A stretch of DNA of 64,000 nucleotides from an uncultured bacterium (lineage in GTDB: Bacteria > Zixibacteria > MSB-5A5 > GN15 > FEB-12): positions 97,605 to 161,604 of the forward strand of contig CBDVDR010000005.1 in the NCBI GenBank assembly GCA_965372795.1, read 5' to 3'. The position numbers and the translations under genes are program-made. Under the pieces are notes generated by a model. It was not told the origin of the DNA. It saw only the letters and a list, made by a program, of their open reading frames with translations, and searched no databases. Positions 1-8,685 of this stretch are shown piece by piece (the first letter of the stretch is position 1; each line of letters starts with the position of its first letter).

Positions 1-31
1 AAAAACGTTTTAAAAATACATATAAAAGAGC

Positions 32-59
32 TTGACTATAAATGAAAAGGCAATAACTT
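32..59 (+). promoter_or_regulatory. Putative sigma70 promoter of the nuo operon
   Basis: TTGACT (32-37), 16-nt spacer, TAACTT (54-59). Confidence 0.5.
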
Positions 60-69
60 ATCCAAAAAA

Positions 70-87
70 TTGTGAATTCCGTCACAT
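70..87. promoter_or_regulatory. Palindromic operator, Rex-box or CRP-box type
   Basis: TTGTGAA-TTCC-GTCACAT matches Rex consensus TTGTGAA-N4-TTCACAA at 12 of 14 positions and contains the exact TGTGA-N6-TCACA core. Confidence 0.65.
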
Positions 88-118
88 AGTCGGGAAGTGT
101 CCCGCACAGGAGAAGTAA

Positions 119-472
119 ATGTCAGCCTACTTGGCGATCCCAATGTTCATCGTTGCCGGGACGGCGATTGTTTTAATCACTTTCAGCATCGCCCGGTTAC
201 TTAGACCATCAAATCCATATAGGGAAAAAAATATAAACTATGAATGTGCCGAAGAACCAATCGGAGATTCATGGATTAAATTTAATCCTCGCTTTTACGT
301 CTTCGCATTAATTTTTGTAATTTTTGATGTCGAAGTAGTATTCTTATTTCCCTGGGCAGTAGCTTTTGGAAAGCTTGGTTTGTTTGCCCTGGTTGAGATG
401 GTAATTTTTATCCTTATTCTTTTCTTTGGTTTATTCTATGCCTGGAAAAAAGGAGCATTAAAATGGGTATAA
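119..472 (+). CDS. nuoA: NADH-quinone oxidoreductase subunit A
   Basis: YECAEEP loop, [16 protein letters not shown]-terminal KGALKW, AGGAG RBS. Confidence 0.96.
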   Translation: MSAYLAIPMFIVAGTAIVLITFSIARLLRPSNPYREKNINYECAEEPIGDSWIKFNPRFYVFALIFVIFDVEVVFLFPWAVAFGKLGLFALVEMVIFILILFFGLFYAWKKGALKWV

Positions 473-975
473 TTAAAAAACTACCTGTATACACAGAAAA
501 AATTCCCGGTGGAGGAATAGTTGTTACTTCATTAGAAGCTGTTCTCAATCAGGCACGTGCAAAATCATTGTGGTATCTTTTATTTGGAACCGCATGTTGT
601 GCTATAGAGCTGATGTGCACCGGCGCCTCAAGATACGATTTTGACCGGTTAGGAATGATTTTCCGAGCCACTCCCCGTCAGGCTGATTTAATTATTGCCG
701 CCGGAACTATTACTAAAAAGATGGCACCGCGTTTAAGACGTTTGTATGATCAAATGTCTGAGCCGCGCTATGTTATTGCTATGGGTGGATGTACCATCAA
801 AGGCGGACCTTTTTACTACGACAGTTACGCTGTAGAAAAAGGAATAGATCATATTATCCCGGTTGATATTCATATCCCCGGCTGCCCTCCTCGTCCTGAA
901 TCTCTGCTTGAAGGATGTATCCATTTGCAGGAGAAGATTAAAAAAGAGAAACTTTCAGATTGGCAGGAAAAATAG
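463..975 (+). CDS. nuoB: NADH-quinone oxidoreductase subunit B
   Basis: [20 protein letters not shown] and IPGCPPRPE (N2 cluster motifs). Confidence 0.97.
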   Translation: MGIIKKLPVYTEKIPGGGIVVTSLEAVLNQARAKSLWYLLFGTACCAIELMCTGASRYDFDRLGMIFRATPRQADLIIAAGTITKKMAPRLRRLYDQMSEPRYVIAMGGCTIKGGPFYYDSYAVEKGIDHIIPVDIHIPGCPPRPESLLEGCIHLQEKIKKEKLSDWQEK

Positions 976-976
976 A

Positions 977-1447
977 ATGACCAAAGAAAATCTGAAAGAA
1001 TATATCGATAAAAATTATCAGGAGAAGCTAACTTTCCTTGATACCGGTAGGTACGATTTAATGTATGAAGTCAAAGCTTCTGATTTGGTCGAACTTTGCA
1101 AGTCGCTACGGGATGATGAAAGTTTGAAATTTGATTTCTTCTGTAATCTTGGCGGCGTTGATACCGGTGAAAGTTTTGAAGCTGTTTATAGCATTGCTTC
1201 CACTATTAATAAAACACGTCTTGATTTTAAAATATTTCTTCCATATGAAAATGCTGCGATTGACTCGGTACAGGAAATCTGGCCGGCTGCCAACTGGTAC
1301 GAACGTGAGATATGGGAGCTGTATGGAATCAATGTTAACAATCATGATAATCTAACCAGATTCTTACTTCCTGATGACTGGGATCAGGGTCATCCAATGC
1401 GTAAGGATTGGGATGCTCCCGATTTTATCAGAATGCCGGAGTTATAA
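977..1447 (+). CDS. nuoC: NADH-quinone oxidoreductase subunit C
   Basis: ANWYEREIWELYGI and GHPMRKD motifs. Start moved to ATG 977, just after the nuoB stop (ORF track starts at 863). Confidence 0.94.
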   Translation: MTKENLKEYIDKNYQEKLTFLDTGRYDLMYEVKASDLVELCKSLRDDESLKFDFFCNLGGVDTGESFEAVYSIASTINKTRLDFKIFLPYENAAIDSVQEIWPAANWYEREIWELYGINVNNHDNLTRFLLPDDWDQGHPMRKDWDAPDFIRMPEL

Positions 1448-1450
1448 ACG

Positions 1451-2554
1451 ATGGGTGAATTAAAGACTGACGAATTTGTTGTAAACATGGGCCCCCATCA
1501 TCCTTCGACTCACGGAGTATGTCGTCTTGTGTTAACAATGAGCGGTGAAAAGGTAGTCAAGATCGAACCGGTCATTGGTTATCTTCACCGGGCACTTGAA
1601 AAAATCTGCGAAAACCGCACTTATGCTATGTGTATTCCGATTATGGATCGGTTTGAGTATGTGACAGCGATGTCATGCAATCAGGTTTTTTCAATGGCAG
1701 CCGAACGGCTTGCAGAAATTGAAGTCCCTGAACGGGCTGAATATATTCGAATTATTATGCTCGAATTGAATCGTGTCGCTTCTCACTTAATTTTTTATGG
1801 TGTAACAGCGATGGATATCGGGGCGTTGACTCCGTTCCTTTATGGTTTACGGGAACGGGAAATGATTATTGACCTGTTTGAGATGACTTGCGGACAAAGA
1901 CTGACTTACAATTACATTCGTGTTGGCGGAGTTGCAAAAGACCTCCCCAAAGAATTTATTCCGCAATGTCGTCATACTATTAAAACAATCAGGGAAAAAC
2001 TTAAAGACTATGAAGGTCTTCTCAATGAAAACCCGATCTGGCTGGTACGCAACAAAGGTATCGGACATCTCTCAGCTGAGATGGGAATCGCTTATGGCGT
2101 ATCGGGACCGGTTTTGAGAGCTTCTGGGGTTGAGTATGATTTGCGAAAACATGATCCTTACTCAATCTATGATAGATTTGATTTTAAAATATCAACCCGT
2201 CCTAACGGTGATTGTTATGACCGGTATTTGCTTCGGCTTGATGAGATTAAACAATCTCTCAATATAGTTGAACAGGCACTTGACGGACTTCCAGAAGGAC
2301 CGATCAAAGCCAAAGTATCACCAAACTTTAAACCACCGGCAGGTGAAGTTTATGCACGCGTTGAAAATTCGCGTGGAGAACTAGGAGTTTACATTCAATC
2401 TGACGGCAGTAAGAAACCGATGAGAGTTAAGATGCGTGGCGGTTCATTCAACCAGCTTCAAGTAATTCCTTTTATTGGTACTGATTGTCTTATTGCTGAT
2501 CTGGTTGCAATTTTTGCATCACTTGATATCATTTTGCCGGAGGTGGATAGATGA
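1451..2554 (+). CDS. nuoD: NADH-quinone oxidoreductase subunit D
   Basis: NMGPHHPSTHGV, GYLHRALEK, C-terminal EVDR; no NiFe-binding CxxC pairs. Confidence 0.97.
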   Translation: MGELKTDEFVVNMGPHHPSTHGVCRLVLTMSGEKVVKIEPVIGYLHRALEKICENRTYAMCIPIMDRFEYVTAMSCNQVFSMAAERLAEIEVPERAEYIRIIMLELNRVASHLIFYGVTAMDIGALTPFLYGLREREMIIDLFEMTCGQRLTYNYIRVGGVAKDLPKEFIPQCRHTIKTIREKLKDYEGLLNENPIWLVRNKGIGHLSAEMGIAYGVSGPVLRASGVEYDLRKHDPYSIYDRFDFKISTRPNGDCYDRYLLRLDEIKQSLNIVEQALDGLPEGPIKAKVSPNFKPPAGEVYARVENSRGELGVYIQSDGSKKPMRVKMRGGSFNQLQVIPFIGTDCLIADLVAIFASLDIILPEVDR

Positions 2555-3615
2555 CCCCAATTATTGCTGTTGGAGAACTTCACGGCCTCTTTACATGGTT
2601 ATACGAACTTCTTTCCAGCCTTGGAATAGAACAGCCCTGGCTTGATATTATCAGATACGTTGCCCTCGGGGCAATGATGTTTGGTCTTTTGTCTGTCATC
2701 GCTTTATTCCTCGTTTGGTGGGAAAGAAAAATTGCTGCTCATCTTCAGCAACGCTTCGGACCGATGCGTCATGGCTGGCATGGGTGGTATCAGACCGTCA
2801 TGGATGCTATCAAACTGCTTCAAAAGGAAGATATTCTGGTTGATTCCCGGGATAAGATGGTCTTTTTCTGGGCTCCGGTTCTTTGTTTTGTAGCTGCTTT
2901 TCTTGCTTATATAACAATGCCTTTCGGAGAGGGATTGATTGTCGCTGATTTAAATATTGGAATTCTTTATATAATCGCAATCACCACTTTTACAGTTATC
3001 TCATTATTAATGGCCGGTTGGGGTTCGAATAACAAGTATGCCCTGCTTGGCGGAATGCGTTCGGCAGCACAGTTAGTGAGTTATGAAATTCCAATGGTAG
3101 TTTCGATTCTGGTAGTTGTACTTTTTGTCGGCTCCCTTTCGATGGTTGATATTGTAAATGCTCAGTCCGGAATGTTTTACAACTGGTTTATCTTCCGCTT
3201 CCCGTTCGGACCAATCGCATTTATAACCTATATAATTGCAGCAACAGCTGAGGCAAACAGAACTCCCTTCGATATTCCCGAAGCAGAGCAGGAACTGGTT
3301 GCCGGATATAATATTGAATACTCCGGAATGAAATTTGCAATGTTTTTTCTGGCTGAATTTATCAACGGTTTCACCGTTTCGGCAATCGCTGTGACTCTTT
3401 TCCTTGGTGGTTGGAACGGACCGTTTCTTCCATCATGGGTTTGGTTTTTAATAAAAACATTAGGGGTTGTCTTTTTACTGATGATGTTCCGCTGGACCTA
3501 TCCTCGTTTAAGAGTCGATCAGCTAATGGAATTTGCATGGAAATTCTTAGTTCCGGTGACTTTCGCAAACTTAATCCTCGGCGCCTGGTTTAAATACGCC
3601 GGTTGGTACTGGTAA
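2551..3615 (+). CDS. nuoH: NADH-quinone oxidoreductase subunit H
   Basis: ERKIAAHLQQRFGP, SNNKYALLGGMR, NRTPFDIPEAEQELVAGY, PRLRVDQL. Confidence 0.97.
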   Translation: MTPIIAVGELHGLFTWLYELLSSLGIEQPWLDIIRYVALGAMMFGLLSVIALFLVWWERKIAAHLQQRFGPMRHGWHGWYQTVMDAIKLLQKEDILVDSRDKMVFFWAPVLCFVAAFLAYITMPFGEGLIVADLNIGILYIIAITTFTVISLLMAGWGSNNKYALLGGMRSAAQLVSYEIPMVVSILVVVLFVGSLSMVDIVNAQSGMFYNWFIFRFPFGPIAFITYIIAATAEANRTPFDIPEAEQELVAGYNIEYSGMKFAMFFLAEFINGFTVSAIAVTLFLGGWNGPFLPSWVWFLIKTLGVVFLLMMFRWTYPRLRVDQLMEFAWKFLVPVTFANLILGAWFKYAGWYW

Positions 3616-3630
3616 AGTGAGTATGGCAAA

Positions 3631-4263
3631 ATGAAGCTATTTAAAGATATAAAAAACCTGATTGCGGGACTGGGTATCACCGGGAAACATCTCGGTCGAC
3701 ATGCTATCACGCTTCAGTACCCTGAAGAAAAATGGACCATGCCCGAACGATCTCGAGGAGTAGTCGTTCTGCTTTCTGACAAAGAGAGCGGCGAACTAAA
3801 TTGCACCGGCTGTCTAATATGTATGAAAGCCTGTCCTTCAGCAGCTATTGAGATAGATGCCCCTCGTGATCCGGAAACCAAAAAAAGAACCTTGTTGAAA
3901 TTTACGGTCGACAATGCCCTCTGTTGTTATTGCGGACTTTGTGAAGAAGCCTGTAATTTCAGTGCTATTAAAATGGCAAACAATTACGAAATGTCGATGG
4001 ACAACAAAGATGAATTTGTTTGGGATATGAAGAAGTTGCAGGAAATGGGTATTGACACTCCTTATATAGATACTCGTAAGAAGAAAAAACCAAAACCGGA
4101 ACCTAAACCTGCAGTAGCTGCAAATCCGGGAGAGGCTGTTCCAGAAGCTAAAGCTGATGTGAAGCCTGAGAATAAAACTGAAAATACTTCTGATATAAAA
4201 GCAGATGATAAAGATAATAACAATGCAGCTGATGCTGCAAATAATAAAGAAAACGAGGGATAG
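3631..4263 (+). CDS. nuoI: NADH-quinone oxidoreductase subunit I with C-terminal low-complexity tail
   Basis: TLQYPEE and two 4Fe-4S motifs (CTGCLICMKACP, CCYCGLCEEAC). Confidence 0.95.
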   Translation: MKLFKDIKNLIAGLGITGKHLGRHAITLQYPEEKWTMPERSRGVVVLLSDKESGELNCTGCLICMKACPSAAIEIDAPRDPETKKRTLLKFTVDNALCCYCGLCEEACNFSAIKMANNYEMSMDNKDEFVWDMKKLQEMGIDTPYIDTRKKKKPKPEPKPAVAANPGEAVPEAKADVKPENKTENTSDIKADDKDNNNAADAANNKENEG

Positions 4264-4266
4264 GTA

Positions 4267-4770
4267 ATGGAAGGTGATATTGGAATTGCTTTTTGGATTC
4301 TCTCGGTAATCATACTTGTTTCGGGATTTATGGTTGTCACGTTGAAAAACATATTTCACTGTGCGTTATATTTGATAATATGTCTTTTCTCGGTAGCCGG
4401 TATTTTTGTCCTGTTAAACGCTGAGTTTTTAGCTGTAGCCCAGGTACTTATTTATGTTGGAGCGGTGTCAATCCTTATGATTTTCGCTGTCATGTTAACC
4501 AGTCAATTAGCCTCTAAGCGAATCAGCCAGACAAATGAAAACAAACTTGTTGGATTTTTTGTCAGTTTAGTTTTTGCTATGAGCACGATTGTTTTGATTG
4601 CCAACACAAGAGTCTGGCGTTATACCGATAAAGAACTCCCTGCAGACAACATTATGAATCTTGGCATATCATTGATGACCGATTTTGTACTTCCTTTTGA
4701 GGTTGTATCGATTCTTCTATTAGCATCTATGATTGGTGCTATCGCTTTGGTGAGAGAGGAGAATTCCTGA
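4267..4770 (+). CDS. nuoJ: NADH-quinone oxidoreductase subunit J
   Basis: AEFLAVAQVLIYVGAV and LPFEVVSILLL. Confidence 0.95.
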   Translation: MEGDIGIAFWILSVIILVSGFMVVTLKNIFHCALYLIICLFSVAGIFVLLNAEFLAVAQVLIYVGAVSILMIFAVMLTSQLASKRISQTNENKLVGFFVSLVFAMSTIVLIANTRVWRYTDKELPADNIMNLGISLMTDFVLPFEVVSILLLASMIGAIALVREENS

Positions 4771-5069
4771 TGTTTCATTATCTCGCATTAGCTGCAATTC
4801 TCTTTTCAATCGGATTATACGGAGTACTGACCCGACGTAATGTTATCGGTATTCTCATGTCTCTTGAATTGATGTTCAACGCTGCCAATATAAATTTTGT
4901 GGCGTTCAATAAATATATTATCAGCGATGGTTTCACCGGACAGATATTTGCATTATTTGTTATCGTGGTAGCCGCGGCTGAGGCTGTTGTCGGTCTTGCC
5001 TTAGTTCTGCTTATTTATCGGAACTGGCAGGGTGTTAAAACTGATTATGTCAACGTGATGAAGTGGTAG
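4770..5069 (+). CDS. nuoK: NADH-quinone oxidoreductase subunit K
   Basis: LMSLELMFNAAN and VAAAEAVVGLA; TGATG overlap with nuoJ. Confidence 0.97.
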   Translation: MFHYLALAAILFSIGLYGVLTRRNVIGILMSLELMFNAANINFVAFNKYIISDGFTGQIFALFVIVVAAAEAVVGLALVLLIYRNWQGVKTDYVNVMKW

Positions 5070-5079
5070 GAATTATAAA

Positions 5080-7164
5080 ATGACAGAAAAAGCTTATTTG
5101 ATTGGTCTTTTACCGCTTATATCCTTTGTGATGATTGTCTTTTTCCTTCGCTGGAAGGAAAAATTAGCTGCCGGTTTTTCGATAGCGACGATTGTCAGTT
5201 GTTGGGTAATGTCAGTTTGGGTGTTGTTTGAAACAATTGCCCGTGACGGTGCGGCGTATGAGATTTTTTATAATTTTGTCTCATTCAAAGGATTTAATCT
5301 TGAGATTGGAATCCTTATAGATCCGTTAACGGCGGTAATGCTGGTCGTGGTTACAACCGTTGGATCATGTGTTCAAATTTATTCAACCGGCTATATGAAG
5401 GGCGATCCTCGTTATAGCCGATTTTTTGCATACTTGTCACTCTTCCTTTTCTCAATGCTTGGGTTAGTGCTGGCGAATAATTTCTTCATGATATTTATCT
5501 TCTGGGAATTAGTCGGTCTGACAAGTTATCTGTTGATCGGTTTCTGGTTTGAGAAAAAATCCGCAGCTGACGCCTGTAAAAAGGCATTTATCACTACTCG
5601 TATTGGTGATCTCGGATTTTTATTAAGCCTTTTAATAATGGCGGTCTTTGCCGGAACATTAAACTACGCCGGAGTTTTTGAACAGGTTTCAGCCGGTGCC
5701 TTCCCGACTGTTGTTTTAACGGTAATGGCAATTTTCCTTTTCTGTGGCGCGGTTGGTAAATCGGCTCAGTTCCCGCTCCATGTCTGGCTTCCGGATGCTA
5801 TGGAAGGTCCAACCCCGGTGTCGGCCTTGATTCATGCGGCAACGATGGTAGCAGCCGGAGTTTATCTGGTTGCCCGATCAATGAATATTTTCATTGCCTC
5901 GGCAGATGCTTCGATGGTAGTTGCGATTATCGGTTTGATAACTTCGTTCCTAGCTGCCTCGATTGCAATTACTCAAAATGATATTAAACGGGTTCTGGCT
6001 TACTCAACCGTCAGTCAGCTCGGATATATGATAATGGCTTTAGGTTTGTACGGATACGACACGAACCTTGGTCACCAATCTCCCGGATACTACGCCGGAA
6101 CTTTCCATTTAATGACTCATGCTTTCTTTAAAGGTTTGTTATTCCTTGGAGCCGGTTCAGTGATTCATGCGGTTCATACCAATGATATTCAGGAGATGGG
6201 CGGTTTGCTCAAAAAAATGAAATATACCGCTCCAACCTTTATGATAGCATCTCTTTCAATTGCCGGAATTTTCCCTCTGGCAGGGTTCTGGTCTAAAGAT
6301 GAAATTGTTGCTTCGACATTGGGGCATCCGGTTTTCATGTTCTTTACCCTGTTGATCGCTTTTATGACCGCTTTCTACATGTGGCGCTTATGCTTCCTGA
6401 CCTTCTTAGGGAAACCGCGCGATCAGCAACGGTATGACAATGCTCATGAATCTCCCAATGTCATGACTTATCCTTTGATCTTCCTGGCTGTGCTTTCAGT
6501 AGCCGCCGGCTGGGTGGGACTGCCCTGGTTAAGCAAAGGGTTTGCTTCATTCGCTTATAATGGTGAACCATACTACCCGCACGCGAGCTGGTTATTGATG
6601 GGTATTTCTACTCTTGTTGCTGTTGCCGGTATTTATCTGGCTTATTTGATGTACCATAAAAGATCTATTTCAGCCGACAAGATTGCTGAAAAAATCAAAC
6701 CTCTTTATAACCTGTCATTAAACAAATGGTATTTTGACGAAATTTATCAGGTTGCGATTATTGATCCGACTATGAAGTTGGGACGCCTGATGTGGAATTT
6801 TGATGCCAATGTTGTTGACGGTGCTGTTAACGGCACTGCCTGGTTGACCATGGTCTGGTCAGATATGAAAATGTGGTTTGATGAAAATATTGTTGATGGA
6901 GCCGTAAACGGATCCGGATGGATTGTTCGAAAAACCGGTGAAGTTTTAAAATATTTACAAAACGGTGCGATGCAGTCTTATGCATTACTTATCGCAATCG
7001 TGGTTGTTCTTTTTGGCTTATGGAAGTTTGAATTTACTTTCATCAGCGATAACTGGCCAACCATGACTATTATATTCTTTGTCGGAGTAATAATCCTGAC
7101 AATATTAACCCGGCTCACAGCGGTTCAATCCGAAGGTGACGGGGAAACAAAACAAGAAAATTAG
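5080..7164 (+). CDS. nuoL: NADH-quinone oxidoreductase subunit L with extended transverse helix
   Basis: GKSAQFPLHVWLPDAMEGPTPVSALIHAATMV, LAYSTVSQLG, THAFFK. Confidence 0.97.
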   Translation: MTEKAYLIGLLPLISFVMIVFFLRWKEKLAAGFSIATIVSCWVMSVWVLFETIARDGAAYEIFYNFVSFKGFNLEIGILIDPLTAVMLVVVTTVGSCVQIYSTGYMKGDPRYSRFFAYLSLFLFSMLGLVLANNFFMIFIFWELVGLTSYLLIGFWFEKKSAADACKKAFITTRIGDLGFLLSLLIMAVFAGTLNYAGVFEQVSAGAFPTVVLTVMAIFLFCGAVGKSAQFPLHVWLPDAMEGPTPVSALIHAATMVAAGVYLVARSMNIFIASADASMVVAIIGLITSFLAASIAITQNDIKRVLAYSTVSQLGYMIMALGLYGYDTNLGHQSPGYYAGTFHLMTHAFFKGLLFLGAGSVIHAVHTNDIQEMGGLLKKMKYTAPTFMIASLSIAGIFPLAGFWSKDEIVASTLGHPVFMFFTLLIAFMTAFYMWRLCFLTFLGKPRDQQRYDNAHESPNVMTYPLIFLAVLSVAAGWVGLPWLSKGFASFAYNGEPYYPHASWLLMGISTLVAVAGIYLAYLMYHKRSISADKIAEKIKPLYNLSLNKWYFDEIYQVAIIDPTMKLGRLMWNFDANVVDGAVNGTAWLTMVWSDMKMWFDENIVDGAVNGSGWIVRKTGEVLKYLQNGAMQSYALLIAIVVVLFGLWKFEFTFISDNWPTMTIIFFVGVIILTILTRLTAVQSEGDGETKQEN

Positions 7165-7189
7165 ATTGAAATTGGAGGCATAAACTAGA

Positions 7190-8680
7190 ATGGATTTCCC
7201 TTATTTAAGTACCTTGGTTTTCGTCCCACTGCTTGGGATGGGCGTTGTCATGCTTTTACCCAAGAATCAGTTTGGGGTTATTCGCTGGACTGCGACGATT
7301 TTCAGTCTCCCGCCACTGTTACTTTCAGCCTGGTTGATGATGGATTATTTTACAAATTTTGCGGCGGCAGGCACAATGGCATATATGGAAGGACCGTTTG
7401 AATGGATTCCTTCCCTTAACGTGCAATACTATCTTGGTGTTGACGGCATTTCGGTTCCGATGTTATTCTTAACCGGATTGTTATCAACGATATCATTGAT
7501 TGCATCTTTTGGTATCAAAGACAGAGTTAAGGAATACTTTGCCTTTTTCCTTTTATTGGAAGCTGGAATGATGGGCGTTTTTGTTGCGCTTGATTTCTTC
7601 CTCTTCTATGTCTTCTGGGAAATTATGCTGGTTCCAATGTATTTCTTGATCGGTGTCTGGGGTGGACCGAGAAAAGAATATGCAGCTATTAAATTCTTCC
7701 TCTATACACTTTTTGGCTCGATCTTTATGCTTGTTGCAATTCTTATAATGTACTTCACATCTGAACCGCATACTCTGAATATGATGACTCTGCTTGACCA
7801 TGGTCCAACCTTAGCTCACAACTTACAAATTATCTGTTTCTCATTTTTCTTTATTGCTTTTGCAATCAAAGTTCCGGTCTGGCCATTTCATACCTGGTTG
7901 CCGGATGCTCATGTTCAGGCACCTACGGCGGTATCGGTTATCCTTGCCGGCGTCCTGCTTAAGATGGGAACTTATGCTATGCTTCGAATAAACTGGCCGA
8001 TGTTTCCAGATGCTTTAAGATCCCTCTCATTCTGGATTGCGGTCTTAGGAGTAATAGCGATTATCTACGGAGCTTTAGTTTCATTAGCTCAGAAAGACTT
8101 GAAAAAACTGGTGGCATACTCCTCGGTTTCCCACATGGGATACTGTATGCTGGCCCTGGCTGCTTTTTCATCGACAACGGCTATAGCTGGAGTGATGTTC
8201 CAAATGATCTCACATGGATTGATTACCGGCGCCTTATTCCTATTGGTTGGGGTACTATATGACCGGGCTCATACCAGAGAGATTGCAGCTTTTGGCGGAA
8301 TTGGATCGAAACTTCCAATTTATTCCGGCATTATGGTTTTCTTCTCAATGGCAGCTTTGGGACTACCGGGAATGTCAGGATTCGTTTCTGAATTCATGAT
8401 ATTTGTTGGAGCCTTTGGCGCTTTGAATAAAGTGTTAGTCGGAATTTCTGTTTTAGGAGTTGTCCTCGGAGCCGCTTATATGCTTCGCATGGTTCAAAAT
8501 GTATTCCTTGGAGAGTTTAATCTAAAGCGTTGGGGTGGTTTGACAGAAATAAATGCCCGTGAGTTAGTAACCGTTGTTCCACTAATGATACTGACTTTAT
8601 TAGTAGGTATTTATCCCAAACCGCTTAATGACCTGATGGCTGGTACTATTGAAAACCTAGTTAATTTAATGGCACGGTAA
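7190..8680 (+). CDS. nuoM: NADH-quinone oxidoreductase subunit M
   Basis: FYVFWEIMLVPMY, PFHTWLPDAHVQAPT, LKKLVAYSSVSHMG. Confidence 0.97.
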   Translation: MDFPYLSTLVFVPLLGMGVVMLLPKNQFGVIRWTATIFSLPPLLLSAWLMMDYFTNFAAAGTMAYMEGPFEWIPSLNVQYYLGVDGISVPMLFLTGLLSTISLIASFGIKDRVKEYFAFFLLLEAGMMGVFVALDFFLFYVFWEIMLVPMYFLIGVWGGPRKEYAAIKFFLYTLFGSIFMLVAILIMYFTSEPHTLNMMTLLDHGPTLAHNLQIICFSFFFIAFAIKVPVWPFHTWLPDAHVQAPTAVSVILAGVLLKMGTYAMLRINWPMFPDALRSLSFWIAVLGVIAIIYGALVSLAQKDLKKLVAYSSVSHMGYCMLALAAFSSTTAIAGVMFQMISHGLITGALFLLVGVLYDRAHTREIAAFGGIGSKLPIYSGIMVFFSMAALGLPGMSGFVSEFMIFVGAFGALNKVLVGISVLGVVLGAAYMLRMVQNVFLGEFNLKRWGGLTEINARELVTVVPLMILTLLVGIYPKPLNDLMAGTIENLVNLMAR

Positions 8681-8685
8681 TAAAA

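Noticed and set aside
863..976. N-terminal extension of nuoC in the ORF track
   Set aside because: It overlaps nuoB out of frame; the ATG at 977 just after the nuoB stop gives a normal-length NuoC
1451..2554. Group-4 NiFe hydrogenase or Mbx-type large subunit
   Set aside because: No N- or C-terminal CxxC Ni ligands; quinone-site His and Tyr motifs and the EVDR terminus are NuoD-like
3838..4359. 173-aa and 96-aa minus-strand ORFs
   Set aside because: Antisense shadows of nuoI/nuoJ low-complexity sequence with no recognisable features
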